Positions 1 through 12,211 of a stretch of DNA of 64,000 bases are shown piece after piece; positions within the stretch are counted from its first letter, which is position 1, and each line of letters starts with the position of its first letter. A program made the translations under genes and the position numbers. The notes beneath the pieces are model-generated. The model did no database searches and was not told the DNA's origin. It saw only the letters and a list, made by a program, of their open reading frames with translations. The stretch is taken from positions 61,194,001 through 61,258,000 of the forward strand of contig OX597828.1 of NCBI GenBank assembly GCA_951406725.2. Reading direction: 5' to 3'. This stretch comes from Octopus vulgaris (taxonomy: Eukaryota).

Positions 1-1855
1 ATGAATATTATGCAACCAATACTTGCCTGGATAAATCTATGTCTATTCTTATCTATTCTATGGAACTAGTTGATTGCTTCTTGTGTACTAGACCACAGAT
101 CAAATCTTAATTTATTCCTAAGTTGGACTATATATATATCAAGAGATAATGAGGATAGACATAGATTTTTAAATGATTACTACTACTCAATAAATCCCAC
201 AGTACCAAACAGTGCCCTAATCTTTGCTAAGAGTCATACTAACCTATCTCCCCATGAAATTAATATACTTACAGCGCGTAAATCATTAATTAATTTCACA
301 ATAAATACTGCGCTAAGAATGACGCACCTATTGCTTTGACATACCCATGGGCTCGACCGACTCGGCGCAAGTCACCGATATTGTAGGAATATATTTACTG
401 AATAAGTTTAATAGTGAATTCCCGAAAATGGTTGGGCGTGCTATACCGAGATGATGCATTATTTATTACTAAACCTACCAATAATAGAAAACGAGAAAAT
501 TATTAGAAAAATTTTATAAATTCTTCAACAGGTTTGGGCTTAAAAATTCTGTCGAAAATGAGAAGAGCTCAGTAAACTCTCTAGATGTTAACCTTAACTT
601 ACTCACAGGTATCCATGCATCATATCATAAACTCAATTCTAAACTGATATATATAGATATTGAAAGTAATCATTAGAAAGAATAACAAATTGCTTAGTTA
701 AGAATATTCAACGTAGAATTAACTATCTTAATTCTAGTCAAGAGATTTTTAATATAAATAAGGACTATTATAACATAGCATTGGCTAAGGTAGGGCAAGA
801 TTCAAACAAAACATTAAAATTGACACACATAAAGATAAACCATAAACTGACTACTAGGTAAATGAAAATTTGATAATGATAAATAAGAATGAACCAAAAA
901 CTAACATTAATAAGCATTAATAAAACTATTACAATTATCACGATAATGAAAAATCGAATTACATCCAACAGGAATCCAGCTACCGACTGAACAATCTAAA
1001 AACTAAAATATCATTAAAACAAAAAAGATATTCCATATATTAAACATACACAAGGAAACAACGAAGAATACCAGAACAAGAATGATAATAATAATATCTG
1101 GCTTATATTACTTTACGACCAGCAGATAAGGACTAACCTCATCCGAATAAGTCGTTCAATCATTGATAAACATTTCACTTCTAATAAATGTTCTATAATT
1201 AATAATAAAATAATACGAATTGGATTTTAGTAACTAGAAAACCCTATTCAGACATATATCCTCCTTTAATAATGTAAAACTTGACGCATACTATACAAAT
1301 AGAAATAATCCACCCTCCAAATATGAACAAATGATATCCAAACAAACATAAATGACAGATATAATATATCCAGACGACACAGGAACAATAATACCAACAC
1401 AAATAACACATTTTATAACTATTTAAATGCTTTCCGTGATTGTAGGTTTAAAGAAAAATATAAATTTAAGAATTACTGTAAACGTAAAAACCTAGTATAC
1501 CAAGCAACCGTTGAAGCGGAAGGCAAATATTTCTATCATGTCGGAACAACCTCGTGTTATGTGAAATCTAGACTTGCGAACCATCAGACCTCCTTTAGAA
1601 ATGCTAATAAACGAAATAGTACTGGCCTAAGTATATTTACCTGGAAACTAAAAGATAGCAATATAACTTATAAAATTAAATGGAAAATTCTAAGCAATGC
1701 TCATGCGTACAAACCACCGGCCAAAACTTGCTCACTTTGCTGAGATGTGATGTACAACATTTTATTTTCTAAGAATAAACTTTTAAATAATAGTTCCAGA
1801 AAACCTCCCAAAGCCTTACATGTGCACAAATATATTTTTTCTAAATATAAATGAT
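1..1855 (+). mobile_element. Decayed Penelope-like retroelement (RT + C-terminal GIY-YIG), runs off the left edge
   Basis: Frame-broken motifs read from the sequence: IPMGSTDSAQVTDIVGIYLL (~340-400), GVLYRDDAL (~435-460), YHKLNSKLIYIDIESNH (~623-673), NLVYQATV..YHVGTTS (~1489-1555) followed by ORF 1561-1743 SRLANHQTSFRN..STGLSIFTWKLKD..KWKIL..KTCSLC. Many stops and frameshifts. Confidence 0.9.
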
Positions 1856-3419
1856 TCACCACTTCCTTTCTAGCAAAATAATAGTTCTAACAAATCTAAT
1901 TATACATACTTTCCACCTTAATCACATATTGTAAGTTTACCTATATAAGTACATATAGTTGCATAAAATTCATGTATATATATATATATATCCATACCAT
2001 CTACAAACCTTATACTAATATTTTCTGCACGATCCACTTAATTACTATGCATAAATGCATTCTATATAATATATGTATCAACACTAACATTAATCACCTA
2101 TTTGAAGACTTTTCTCTTACTAACACTACACTCTACCATTAAATATATCTTTATATTGTTGATTATATAATTATACCTAAATATCACCAATAATCTAGGC
2201 TCTACCTGACACGTAGTTTATATTCATACCTACAGTATGCTTTGCTTGCATAATAATAATAATTTATTTTCTTCTCTATAACTCCCACATATCTATTTCT
2301 AACTTTGTTTCTTATGTTAATTAATCCAAACTTATTCCCATAATTATAGCACAAATCCTCAAATTCCTCATAGAAGTAAGTGTAATATAATTTTTTTTAC
2401 TTTCAATCTAATAATTTTTAATCGAACGTATCTGTTAGTGTATTGAAATGATACTAATAGCATTAATCTTTCTTTAGAATAATTAATGAAAATTTTCTTC
2501 GTAACTGAACGATAATGCAGTACTCTAAATTTTAATTTAAATGTATATCCTGCACTATTAATTGATCTTAACAAGTAAAGATATACGAATACTTACGAGA
2601 GAACCTTTAATTTAATTCCTGCCTTATCGTTGCCTAAGTATACAATATAGCTTATTCTTTCTTAGTCATAACTTTTAAAATACTAAAATCTGCACACACA
2701 CATTTTATCATATATTCCTAATCATTTATTGTCATTTACAATTTCTTTCAACTAACTATAATCTTATTTCCTTATTTCTACCAGAAAATTTATTTCTCTA
2801 TATATTATTAATATTTTATTTTTTCCACATCTCTCCCTATTTCTTATCTTTCCTCTTTAATTCAATCTTTTTAACGTCTTCACAATATCTTACCCTTATT
2901 AAATTATGTCTCTCTCACCCATTAAACGTCTATATATTGTTAAATGGTTGCATAATGTCCATCTAAACACATAACTATCTTTCTTTTTAAAATCCCTAAT
3001 AGGTTTTTAGAAAGTTTTGATTAGCTGATACCGCCCACTATTACCACATCGGCGTTCCTTCTTGCTTTTCTAACAAACTAATGTTTACAATACGTAGAAA
3101 CTCAACATATGAATATATTGTTCTTATCCATCTTATCAAGAAAGCTCTTTACCAACATCTTGTATTCCTGTGAGAAGCATATGTAAGCATTAGCCTTTTG
3201 AACGAGATGGCCCTGAAAATATTTGGACACTTTGTTATTATTTTTTACATCTAAAACTCTTAACAAGGTTCGAATATTCTGAAGCACTGTTTACATAGTG
3301 ACCAGATTGAAACATGTGTAGGCATCTCTTATGCACATTTTATTTTATTTTACGTTCATTTACATTTTATTTGTATTAAACTACTTGCTATGTTCATATT
3401 ATGATACGTATCCACCTCC

Positions 3420-4047
3420 AACTGCTCTCTATTGCTGGAGGTGGATTTGCACAATTGGTCAGCGACTACTGTGAAAAAGATGGTGGAACGCAAAAGGACC
3501 AGAGGATTAGTTTCGGAGTTATGTCCCTTATTTGGGTATGCTATGAGGCCGGCAAGAGTTATCTTGAAGTGTACATCCCCATGTATGTACACGCACACCC
3601 CTATAAAGCGGACAGCCTACAAAATAGACTTCTCTCAGATCCCACCAACACATACCCCTTCACACAATTTGTACCCTCACATATACACAGACACCCCCAC
3701 ACACACTACACACCGCACGCTTACATAAAAAACCCACGTCTTTATCCTTTACAGAAAGAAAACAACCTACGAACAGCCGTATATACCTACATCCCCAGAA
3801 AAATTATACGTATGTCACCACTTCGCATATCACGCACCCCATGCTACACCCCTACCCCCACAAGAACACCAGAATAATAAAACACACTTTGCCCACTTCA
3901 AGATAACTCTTGCCGGCTTCACAGTATACCCAACCAAGGGACATACCTCTTAACTTAATCCCTTGGTACTTTTTCGTTCCACCACTTGTTTCACAGCACC
4001 CACTGACACCAGTTGTACTAATCCACCTCTGACAATAAAGAGCAGTT
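3420..4047. repeat. Diverged ~150-bp inverted repeat (3420-3571 vs 3894-4047), pLTR-like
   Basis: GCCGGCAAGAGTTATCTTGAAGTG vs CACTTCAAGATAACTCTTGCCGGC. The opposite-strand ORFs 3401+ and 3852- share the peptide EAGKSYLEV. Confidence 0.85.
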
Positions 4048-4069
4048 GCTATATTCCCTTCCATATCAG

Positions 4070-4134
4070 CTTACTCTGATGAGCGTAAAGTTATATAATC
4101 TGACTGTATCCTTTACGCGAAGCCGATTAGTAAG
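4070..4134 (+). ncRNA. Minimal type I hammerhead ribozyme motif, slightly degenerate
   Basis: Stem I CTTACT/AGTAAG, core CTGATGA, stem II GCGTAAAG/CTTTACGC, then GAAG (for GAAA), short stem III CCGA and TT. Confidence 0.75.
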
Positions 4135-4244
4135 ATCAACCGTGTTGGACATTTAATACTATACATTTCGGATAATATACCCACTCTACTGACAGATAAA
4201 CGAGTGCATCTTTTCCCTGACTTATGGTCTCTTAAAGGATTCAC

Positions 4245-4298
<54 letters not shown>

Positions 4299-4782
4299 CC
4301 TATCCATCCAACTCACCCCCACCCCATACATTACACCCAGTCCCACCCTTGCTTTCTTCACTCTCGCCTCTCCCACATCCCAACACCACCACTCCACACC
4401 TTACACCAGGAAACCATACACCACCATACACGACCATACCACACAACACCACATCACATCACACCACCACGCACACGCTAGCACAGACCACTTCCCCGCT
4501 CCACACCATCATCCACACATACACATGCACACATGCACACACGCACACGTCAAGGTCACCATCCCTCTTCCACACACACATACACGCTCTTATACACACG
4601 CACGCGCACCTTGGTGTTGGGATCACCACTACTTTATTATCTCCCTTTCTTTCTAGCTCTCCTGTGTTACCCCTCTGTCCGGCATTCGCCATGATAGCTC
4701 GCTACCCACTGCACATTCTTTATTTTCTCTCCTTGTTTCCTTCTGTGTTCCTTTCTCTGGAAGAACGTATGTACACATATAA

Positions 4783-4826
<44 letters not shown>

Positions 4827-5058
4827 GTATATGTGTGCATATACATATATTTGTACTTATTCATATCTATACAAATTTGCATATATACATACATACAAAC
4901 ATACATACATACACATATATAGTGTATTAAATATCATTAATACATATGCTAATGTATATGCTTTGTGTATTTTCCGGCGGTTGCAATAGCGTAGGGGAGG
5001 ATATAAACTATCATGTTGCCGGTGTGAAGACACCTTAGTCATGGAAAGGCGAGATAAC

Positions 5059-5151
5059 TCGCCCTCAATCCCATTTGGGAGTGATGGACATCGGTGTTTC
5101 ACCGTTTTTGTGGCTTGTCAACATCACGCATCGGCCTGGGATTGAAGGCGA
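5059..5151 (-). ncRNA. Type I hammerhead ribozyme with U3-A8 core variant and long stem I
   Basis: Minus strand: UCGCCUUCAAUCCCA-loop-GUGAUG UUGACAA GCC-ACAAAAAC-GGU GAAA CA-CCGA-UG UC CAUCAC-loop-UGGGAUUGAGGGCGA. Cleavage triplet GUC. Confidence 0.8.
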
Positions 5152-5645
5152 ATTACCTAGCTAGTCCAAAAATTTTATGCTCATGGCTTGTAAAAGTATG
5201 TGCTGGTATGCCCGGAAGTTGTATAACTAATAGAAAATTTACATATGAAATAAAAGCAGCTCTAGTGTAATAAATAGTATTAAATAATAAACTAATGTAT
5301 ATGCTTTGTGTATTTTCTGGTGGTTGCAATGGCGTAGCGGAGTATATAATCTCTCATGACGCCGGTGTTAAAACACCTTAGTTAAGGACTGGTGAGATAA
5401 CTCATTCGCAATCCCATTGGCGACATGAGTGTTTATATACTCCGCTACGCCATTGCAGTAACCGGAAAATACACAAAGTATATATATTAGTACATGTATT
5501 TAATAATATTTGTCATTTTAGAACTGCTTTTACATCATATGTAAATTTTCTTTTAGGTATGCAATTTCCGAGCATATTTGTTCATGATTTTACAAGCCAT
5601 GAGTCGTGGACTGGCTAAGGGATTAGACTTTAACCCAAGCGGGTA

Positions 5646-5690
5646 CGTGATGCTAACAAATCATAAAAAAATGATGAAACATCCATCACG
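5646..5690 (+). ncRNA. Defective copy of the same HHR in the inverted unit
   Basis: CGTGATG CTAACAA ATCA-TAAAAAAA-TGAT GAAA CATC CATCACG. Stems I and II pair, stem III is deleted and G5 is mutated. Confidence 0.65.
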
Positions 5691-5824
5691 CCTAAATGGG
5701 ATTGAGGGTTAGTTATCTTGCCTGTCCATGACAAAGGTGTTTTAACATCGGCGACATGAGAGTTTATATACTACATTACTCCACATTGCAGTCACCGGAA
5801 AATACGCAAAGCATATTTATATAT

Positions 5825-6780
5825 GTATATAACCCCGGATTATGCTTAAGGACCATAAACCTAACTTTCTAATTGCCCCTTCAGTTAGATTGATTTGTCT
5901 TTCTAAATCGGATATAGAATTGTTAGTAAGAAAATTATTGGTAGTGTATTACCCGCCCTTAGGTCTAAAATTAGATTATCCTTCTGTTCAGATATTTGAA
6001 TGGTTTAAGCTACTAGAAATTAACAAGAATAGTACGTTTTTGCAACAAGATATAGAGAGTTATTGCGCTACTATTAACCCGGTCGTCCTCAATAAAGCCC
6101 TGATATATAGTATGAAAAATTCAGATTTGTCCCGACGTGATATGGATATAATACTTGCTAACCACTTTAATGGATTTTGATGGTGGACTATGGAGTAGAT
6201 CAGACAGAGAGAATGCTTTTGATATAGCGATAGTATCACCCGGCTCTGCACAGCTCACAGACTTAGACGGAATATACACCCTTTCATTAATCCAGTCTTC
6301 GTTTCCAGAAGTAACAGGAGGTCTATATATGTATGACGCCCTATTTTTTTAGGACAGGGGTAGTAAAGTACAACTAGAAAGGCATAGCGATAGGATCATC
6401 TGACTCTGCACAGGTCACAGACTTAGACGGAATTATTTCTGGACGGAAGTAGTAAAGTACAACTAGAAAGACATGGAAAACATTTCGTTTTTATTAAGAA
6501 TTTAGGACTCAACATTACTATGGCGAAATATTATAGCAGAGTGAATTTCTTTGACGCAGCCTTCTGTTTTAATACTTGAACCATTTCATAAGCCGAATGA
6601 TAATATTAAGTATATAAATAGGCGCAAGAGTGTCTGTGTGGTAAGTAGCTTGCTTACCAACGACATGGTTCTGGATTCAGTCCCACTGCGTGGCACCTTA
6701 GGCAAGTGTCTTCTACTATAGCTTCGGGACGACCATAGCCTCATGAGTGGATTTGATAGACGGAAACTGAAAGAAGCCCG

Positions 6781-6855
<75 letters not shown>

Positions 6856-8200
6856 AATATATATGTATGTATGTATTTATGTATGTGTGTATATGTTTGA
6901 GTGTGTGTGTTTGTCCCCAACATCGCTTGACAACCAATGCTGGTGTGTTTGCGTCCCTGTAACTCAGTGCTTCGGCAAACGTATCGATAGAATAAGTAAT
7001 AGGCTTCCAAAGAATAAGTCCTGGGGTCGATTTCTTCGACTAAAGGCGGTGCTTCAGCATGGCTACAGTCAAATGACTGAAACAAGTAAAAGAGTAAATG
7101 TAGCATCCAACCATCCACATTCAATGATACGCGGATTAGTTAAGAATATTTCTTCAAGAATTTCCACATTATCCGGTAATAAAAAAGACCCCTTCGAATC
7201 ACATGCAACTTATAATATTGCTTTAGCTAGGGCTGGATACCGTGAGAAGATTCATCAATTCTTCCAATAATAATACACATTGTGAACCATCGCAACGTTA
7301 CGGTATGCGAGCTAACTCAGATCGTGAATTAAGGCGAGGAAGAATTGGTCAAGGTAATAAACTACTAACCAAAACGCATAGACACACACGATGCAATAAT
7401 TATACTGCTCATAACACAGTAAATTGTTCCAATTCTGTACAACACACTAGATCAAATAAGCCAAGTAAAAAATATAAGAATCATGGTGTCCTCTGGTACA
7501 ACTCAATCTTCAGTTTACGTGTTTCAACAAAGATCACTGGGAAATTTTTTGCCGCTGTAGACAAATGTTTCCCTATACCAAATAGATACCATGCCATTTT
7601 AATCGATACACCGTGAAGGTATTTCACGCTAACTCTATTAATTTAGAGCAGCATATGTACCGCATAAGCAATAGTAAAATGAAACAAAGTTTAATAACCC
7701 ACCTACTGGACCTAGCAAACATAGGCATCAAAATAACAACAAAGGAGATGTAAACTGCAATGAAAAGCACCAGATACAGCCAAATCGCGATAGTAGAAAT
7801 GCTTGTGATATAGCTAACATGGTAACAACGTCGGAAAATGAAGTCAAACTGCCATATATACAAATAAATATTATATATGCTCATGCAGAGAAAAATCAAA
7901 ATACCCATTGATGAACCTCTGTATGAATACAAATCTTGTAAATAAATGTACCATGCACACAAGGGGAAGGCTGTATGTTTACACTGAGCAAACGGCTGAT
8001 TCATTCAAGAATCGTTATCCCAACCATGTCGCCAGCTTCAGAAAGATCAATAAGGGACATTCAACATCTTTGTTTGGCGACTTAAGGAAGATCAAAGTGT
8101 AACAACTTGGTCCATAGTGAGGCACGCAAAACCATATGATATCATTTCCAGGAGTACCGACTCTGCTTCGCGGAATCCCTATCTATTCTGTGGACCAATG
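5825..8200 (+). mobile_element. Decayed 5'-truncated Penelope-like element interrupted by a SINE
   Basis: KPNFLIAPSVRLICLSKSDI, QDIESY, SAQLTDLDGIY, GGLYMYDA, PFHKPNDNIKYIN [SINE 6620-7094] VASNHPHSMIRGLVKNISSRIS, LWYN..FP, and GIY-YIG-like NLVNKCT..YTEQTADSFKNRYPNHVASFR..HSTSL. Small internal duplication at ~6244-6470. Confidence 0.85.
6620..7094 (+). mobile_element. tRNA-derived SINE family A (full length, internal CA/TA microsatellite)
   Basis: A-box-like TGTCTGTGTGG, B-box-like GGATTCAGTCC, 3' end CAGCATGGCTACAGTCAAATGACTGAAACAAGTAAAAG. Apparent TSD TAAAT (6615-6619 and 7095-7099); the PLE frame resumes across it. Confidence 0.9.
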
Positions 8201-8763
8201 AAAAGTTCATTAATAGAATTTCTGAAAGACTTTCAAGATGCCTACATGCATCTATGTGTACTTTCGCACAATGGAGTGGGAAGGAATCTGAGTAGCTGTT
8301 AACGTAATTTACCTTAAGGTATAGATGAATTAAGTTTAGCTTTAACCTCTCCCCCACTACCATTCTTATACACAAGTAGCTATTTAACTCGCTATGTGAA
8401 CAAATATTCGCAAAACCACACGTGTGCGTATGCTTGCATCTTCGCAGTTGCTTGTATGAGCGAGTGTACATGCGCCATACAAATTACGTGAGGGCGTTTA
8501 TGCATCCATATCCGTGAACGGTTATTCTAAATACTTTATATTCGTGAAATTATATTCTTTAATTTGCTGCTTTTCTTTACAAGAACCGAGAAGATGCATT
8601 GCGGAACTGCTATTTTAATGCGTTATATCTATTTATCCCCTGTCGGATGCTCTCGAGCCAGTTGTTAAGTAATCCAACCATGAGGGATCGATGCTAAATG
8701 TGTCGAAACGATTGTAGTGATTAATAAAAATCCCCGTATCTTCCATCTTCCGTCTCCTATTCA

Positions 8764-8831
<68 letters not shown>

Positions 8832-8870
8832 ACACACACTCTCTCTCACACACACACACACGCACGCACG

Positions 8871-8913
<43 letters not shown>

Positions 8914-9832
8914 ACATACACACCGCGCACTCACATATGTATATAAATGTGTTTCTGTAATCAAGTATGCATATTTTATAGATGAACAAACTTACATATC
9001 TCTAGGTATGTATATACGCTATGTATATGTTTACGTGTTTACACACGTATGTTAATATCATCGTATTATATGAATAATCAGATTGAATCCAACGCAAGAG
9101 GAGAGATGAGAAAGCTGAGGGATTTTCTTGTCTTTACTTTGAGAGGCTGTGTGCAGCAGAGACTCCCCGTCATCTCATCCCCACTCCCGACACAAATACC
9201 GCTGACATCTGATGTTTATTTATACAATGTTTCCCTAGAATCACTAATTATTTTTGACATCGGTGTGGCCAACGTCACAACCGCCTTGCTTACTCTCCCC
9301 ATCACCACCACCACCACCACTTACATTCGAATACAGTAACAGAACAATAAGAGCAACAATAACAGTTACAACAGTAATTACCATGAATAATATTAACAAC
9401 AATAACAACGACGACGATGGTAACTAAAACAACAACAATTATAATGTTCATAGGAACGAACAAAGAAGGAAGAAGAGGAGGAGAGGAAGAAGAAAAAGAA
9501 GAACAAAAGAAAAAGAAGAAAAGAGAAAGAGGAGGAGGAGATGGGGAGGTGGTAGGAGAGGTGGAGGGGAGCGGGGAGGGAAGGCGGTTGGGAATAGAGA
9601 AAGTGTTTGATATAAGTGAGTTTTGCCATCATAGATAAACAAAGAGAAAATATAGCAAAATAATCAACAATAGTCCCTCCAAAAAGAGAAAATATAGCAA
9701 AATAATCAACAATAGTCTCACCAAAAAGGGAAAATATGCCAGGACTGAAAAACTTTCTAGAAAAAGCAACACTTCAAAAATTCTCCGATTTTAATACACA
9801 AATTTCTGTTGGCGCTTCCTCTGCATCAACTG

Positions 9833-9954
<122 letters not shown>

Positions 9955-10030
9955 ATGTATGTATGTATACATGCATACCTGCCTATCTCTCCCCCTTTCT
10001 CTCTCTCTCTGTCTCTCTCTCGCTCTCTCG

Positions 10031-10096
<66 letters not shown>

Positions 10097-10316
10097 CTAT
10101 ATATATATGTGTATATATATATATTCAAAGATGAATAAGAAGCAACTCGCGGCATATATACAAAATTGAACTCACATACAGAAGATGTGTGAGTTGTTAG
10201 TTCATGGGTCGGCTGCATTTTAGGCGTAAGAGTATATTCTCAATGCGCCCGGTGTTAAAAGCCTCTGAAAGTAAGCCATAGGCAAGCGAGACAATTCACA
10301 TAGGTCCCTTCTCAGA

Positions 10317-10363
10317 GCGACAGACATCAACGTTTCGTCATTATTGTAACTTATCAATGCCTC
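10317..10363 (-). ncRNA. Type I hammerhead ribozyme with U3-A8 core variant
   Basis: Minus strand: GAGGCA UUGAUAA GUUA-CAAUAA-UGAC GAAA CG-UUGA-UG UC UGUCGC. Cleavage triplet GUC; stem I is short or imperfect. Confidence 0.7.
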
Positions 10364-10578
10364 GTACAAGGCCTGCTGAAAGCCATATCGCCGACTAAGG
10401 CTATATGCTAAATGCTTTAGAAACAATCTGCTAGTATGTCCCAACGTTTTATGCCACGGGAGAAATTCAAATATGAATTAGAAGCAGATCGAGGTATATA
10501 AGCAAAATCGAACACACATACACATGGTGTGTGTTGTTAGTTCGTGGCTCGGCTGCATTTAAGGCGCAACAGAATATA

Positions 10579-10816
10579 CAAGGTAGTGCAAAAGTAGGTA
10601 TACAGTAATGAAAAAGAAAACATGTACAAGACGCATTTATTTTTATCAAAAAAGTTACGAAAAAAGCATTATTATAGTCATGATAAATGTATTATGATGA
10701 TTAATGAGACTGAAAATATCAAAAATGAGGCTAATTTAATGTGATTATAATGTTAATGGATTAAGTATTGTAACATTACTGTGATACTTACCGTATACCT
10801 ACGTTTGCACACCCTG
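10579..10816. mobile_element. Tc1/mariner-type MITE inserted in the HHR repeat
   Basis: TIRs CAAGGTAGTGCAAAAGTAGGTATACAGTA / TACCGTATACCTACGTTTGCACACCCTG with TA on both sides. Removing it restores the repeat unit (GAATATA|TTCTGAA vs GAGTATATTCTCAA). Confidence 0.8.
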
Positions 10817-11197
10817 TATTCTGAAAGCACCTGGTGTAAAAAACACCCGATAGTAAATCATAGGCAAGCGAGACAACTCACATCAGGTCCCTTTCTCGAT
10901 TTTATTATCTCCCTCGGGCCGCTTCTTATTCATATTTGACTTTTTCCCGTGGCATGAAACGTTGGGACGTGCCAACAGGTGGTTTCTAAACCATGTAGCA
11001 TATAAATATAATCGGTGATATGGTATGCAGCAAGCTTTGTTCGGTACGCAGCTTTGAAAATCGATGTCTGTCGCTCCGATTTGCTTTCAGGTGTTTTTAA
11101 CACCAGGTACATTGAGAATATATTATCTTACGCCTATAATGCAGCCGACCCACGAATTAACAACCCGCACACCATGTGTATGTGTGTTCAGTTTTGT

Positions 11198-11310
11198 TTC
11201 TGGGTTTAGTCCCACTGTGTGGCACCTTGGGCAAGTGTCTTCTGCTATAGCCTTGGGCTGACCAAAGCCTTGTGAGTGGATTTGGTAGACCGAAACTAAA
11301 AGAAGCCCGT

Positions 11311-11366
<56 letters not shown>

Positions 11367-11471
11367 TATGTTTGTCCCCCTACCATCACTTGACAACCGA
11401 TGTTGGTGTGTTTATGTCCCCGTAACTTAGCGGTTCGGCAAAGCGATCAATAGAATAAGTACTAGGCTTAC
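11198..11471 (+). mobile_element. SINE family A, truncated at both ends, followed by a fold-back of its own end (11471-11529)
   Basis: Same sequence family as 6620-7094. 11424-11471 is inverted at 11481-11529. Confidence 0.85.
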
Positions 11472-11529
11472 TTATTCTTTGTGAGCCTAGTACTTATTCT
11501 ATCGATCGCTTTTGCCGAACTGCTAAGTT

Positions 11530-12119
11530 CGCATCAAAAAAGAATTCGTGATAGAAGGGCTAAAATTGATCCTGGAAAATAACTACTTCGCTTTCAAAGA
11601 CAACTTCTACCGACGAAAATCGGGGACTGTGATGGGTACGCGAATGGCCCCCTCCTTTGCTAACCTAGTCATAGGATATCTAGAAATCAGTCTTTATCGT
11701 AAGATTCTAGAAGGATACCGCAGCCCTTTCTCCCTCTACATAGAAAACAACTGGAAGAGACACCTAGATGACTGTTTCATTCTTTGGCATGAAAATATAG
11801 AGAAACTTAAAGAATTCCAAGCACTTTTAAATGGACTTGACGTAAACATCCAATTCACGATGGAATATAGCCAGCAACAAGTTCCCTTCCTCGACATCCT
11901 CATTAAGAAATTAATTTTTTTTGTTTTTTCTTGTTTCAGTCATTTGACTGCGGCCATGCTGGAGTACCGTCTTTAGTCGAGCAAATCGACCCCCGGACTT
12001 ATTCTTTGTAGGCCTAGTACTTATTCTATCGGTTTCTTTTGCTGAACCGCTAAGTTACGGGGACGTAAACACACCAGCATCGGTTGCCAAGCGATGTTGG
12101 AGGGACAAACACACACACA

Positions 12120-12211
<92 letters not shown>

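Larger units (their letters stand above)
4925..5820. repeat. ~343-bp tandem repeat carrying an HHR (retrozyme-like): 1.4 units, then ~1.2 units inverted
   Basis: CTAATGTATATGCTTTGTGTATTTTC occurs at 4949 and 5292 (period 343). From ~5420 the sequence is the reverse complement of the unit (e.g. CCGGAAAATACACAAAG at 5462, CCGGAAAATACGCAAAG at ~5794). Confidence 0.85.
10125..11197. repeat. Second ~342-bp HHR-carrying tandem repeat locus with a terminal inversion
   Basis: ATGAATAAGAAGC at 10131 and ATGAATTAGAAGC at 10473 (period 342). 10920-11197 is the reverse complement of the unit. Shares GGTGTTAAAA and GCGAGAYAAYTC..CCC..GACATCRRYGTTTC blocks with the 4925 locus. Confidence 0.8.

Noticed and set aside
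1729-1760. In-frame TGA after CSLC as possible selenocysteine in a PLE
   Set aside because: The copy has many stops and frameshifts, the TGA falls at a non-Cys position, and no SECIS was recognised.
4113-4930. Long ORFs rich in YI/HT/CV dipeptides (also at 8.7, 9.8, 13.9, 41.3, 51.6, 54.2, 56.8 and 61.4-62.6 kb)
   Set aside because: They are translations of microsatellites, not genes.
6620-6700. SINE heads as genuine tRNA genes
   Set aside because: A/B boxes are present but there is no full cloverleaf, and they are always attached to SINE bodies.
9641-9737. 42-bp direct repeats (also at 59045-59165) as a CRISPR-like array
   Set aside because: They are contiguous minisatellites with no spacers, in eukaryotic DNA.
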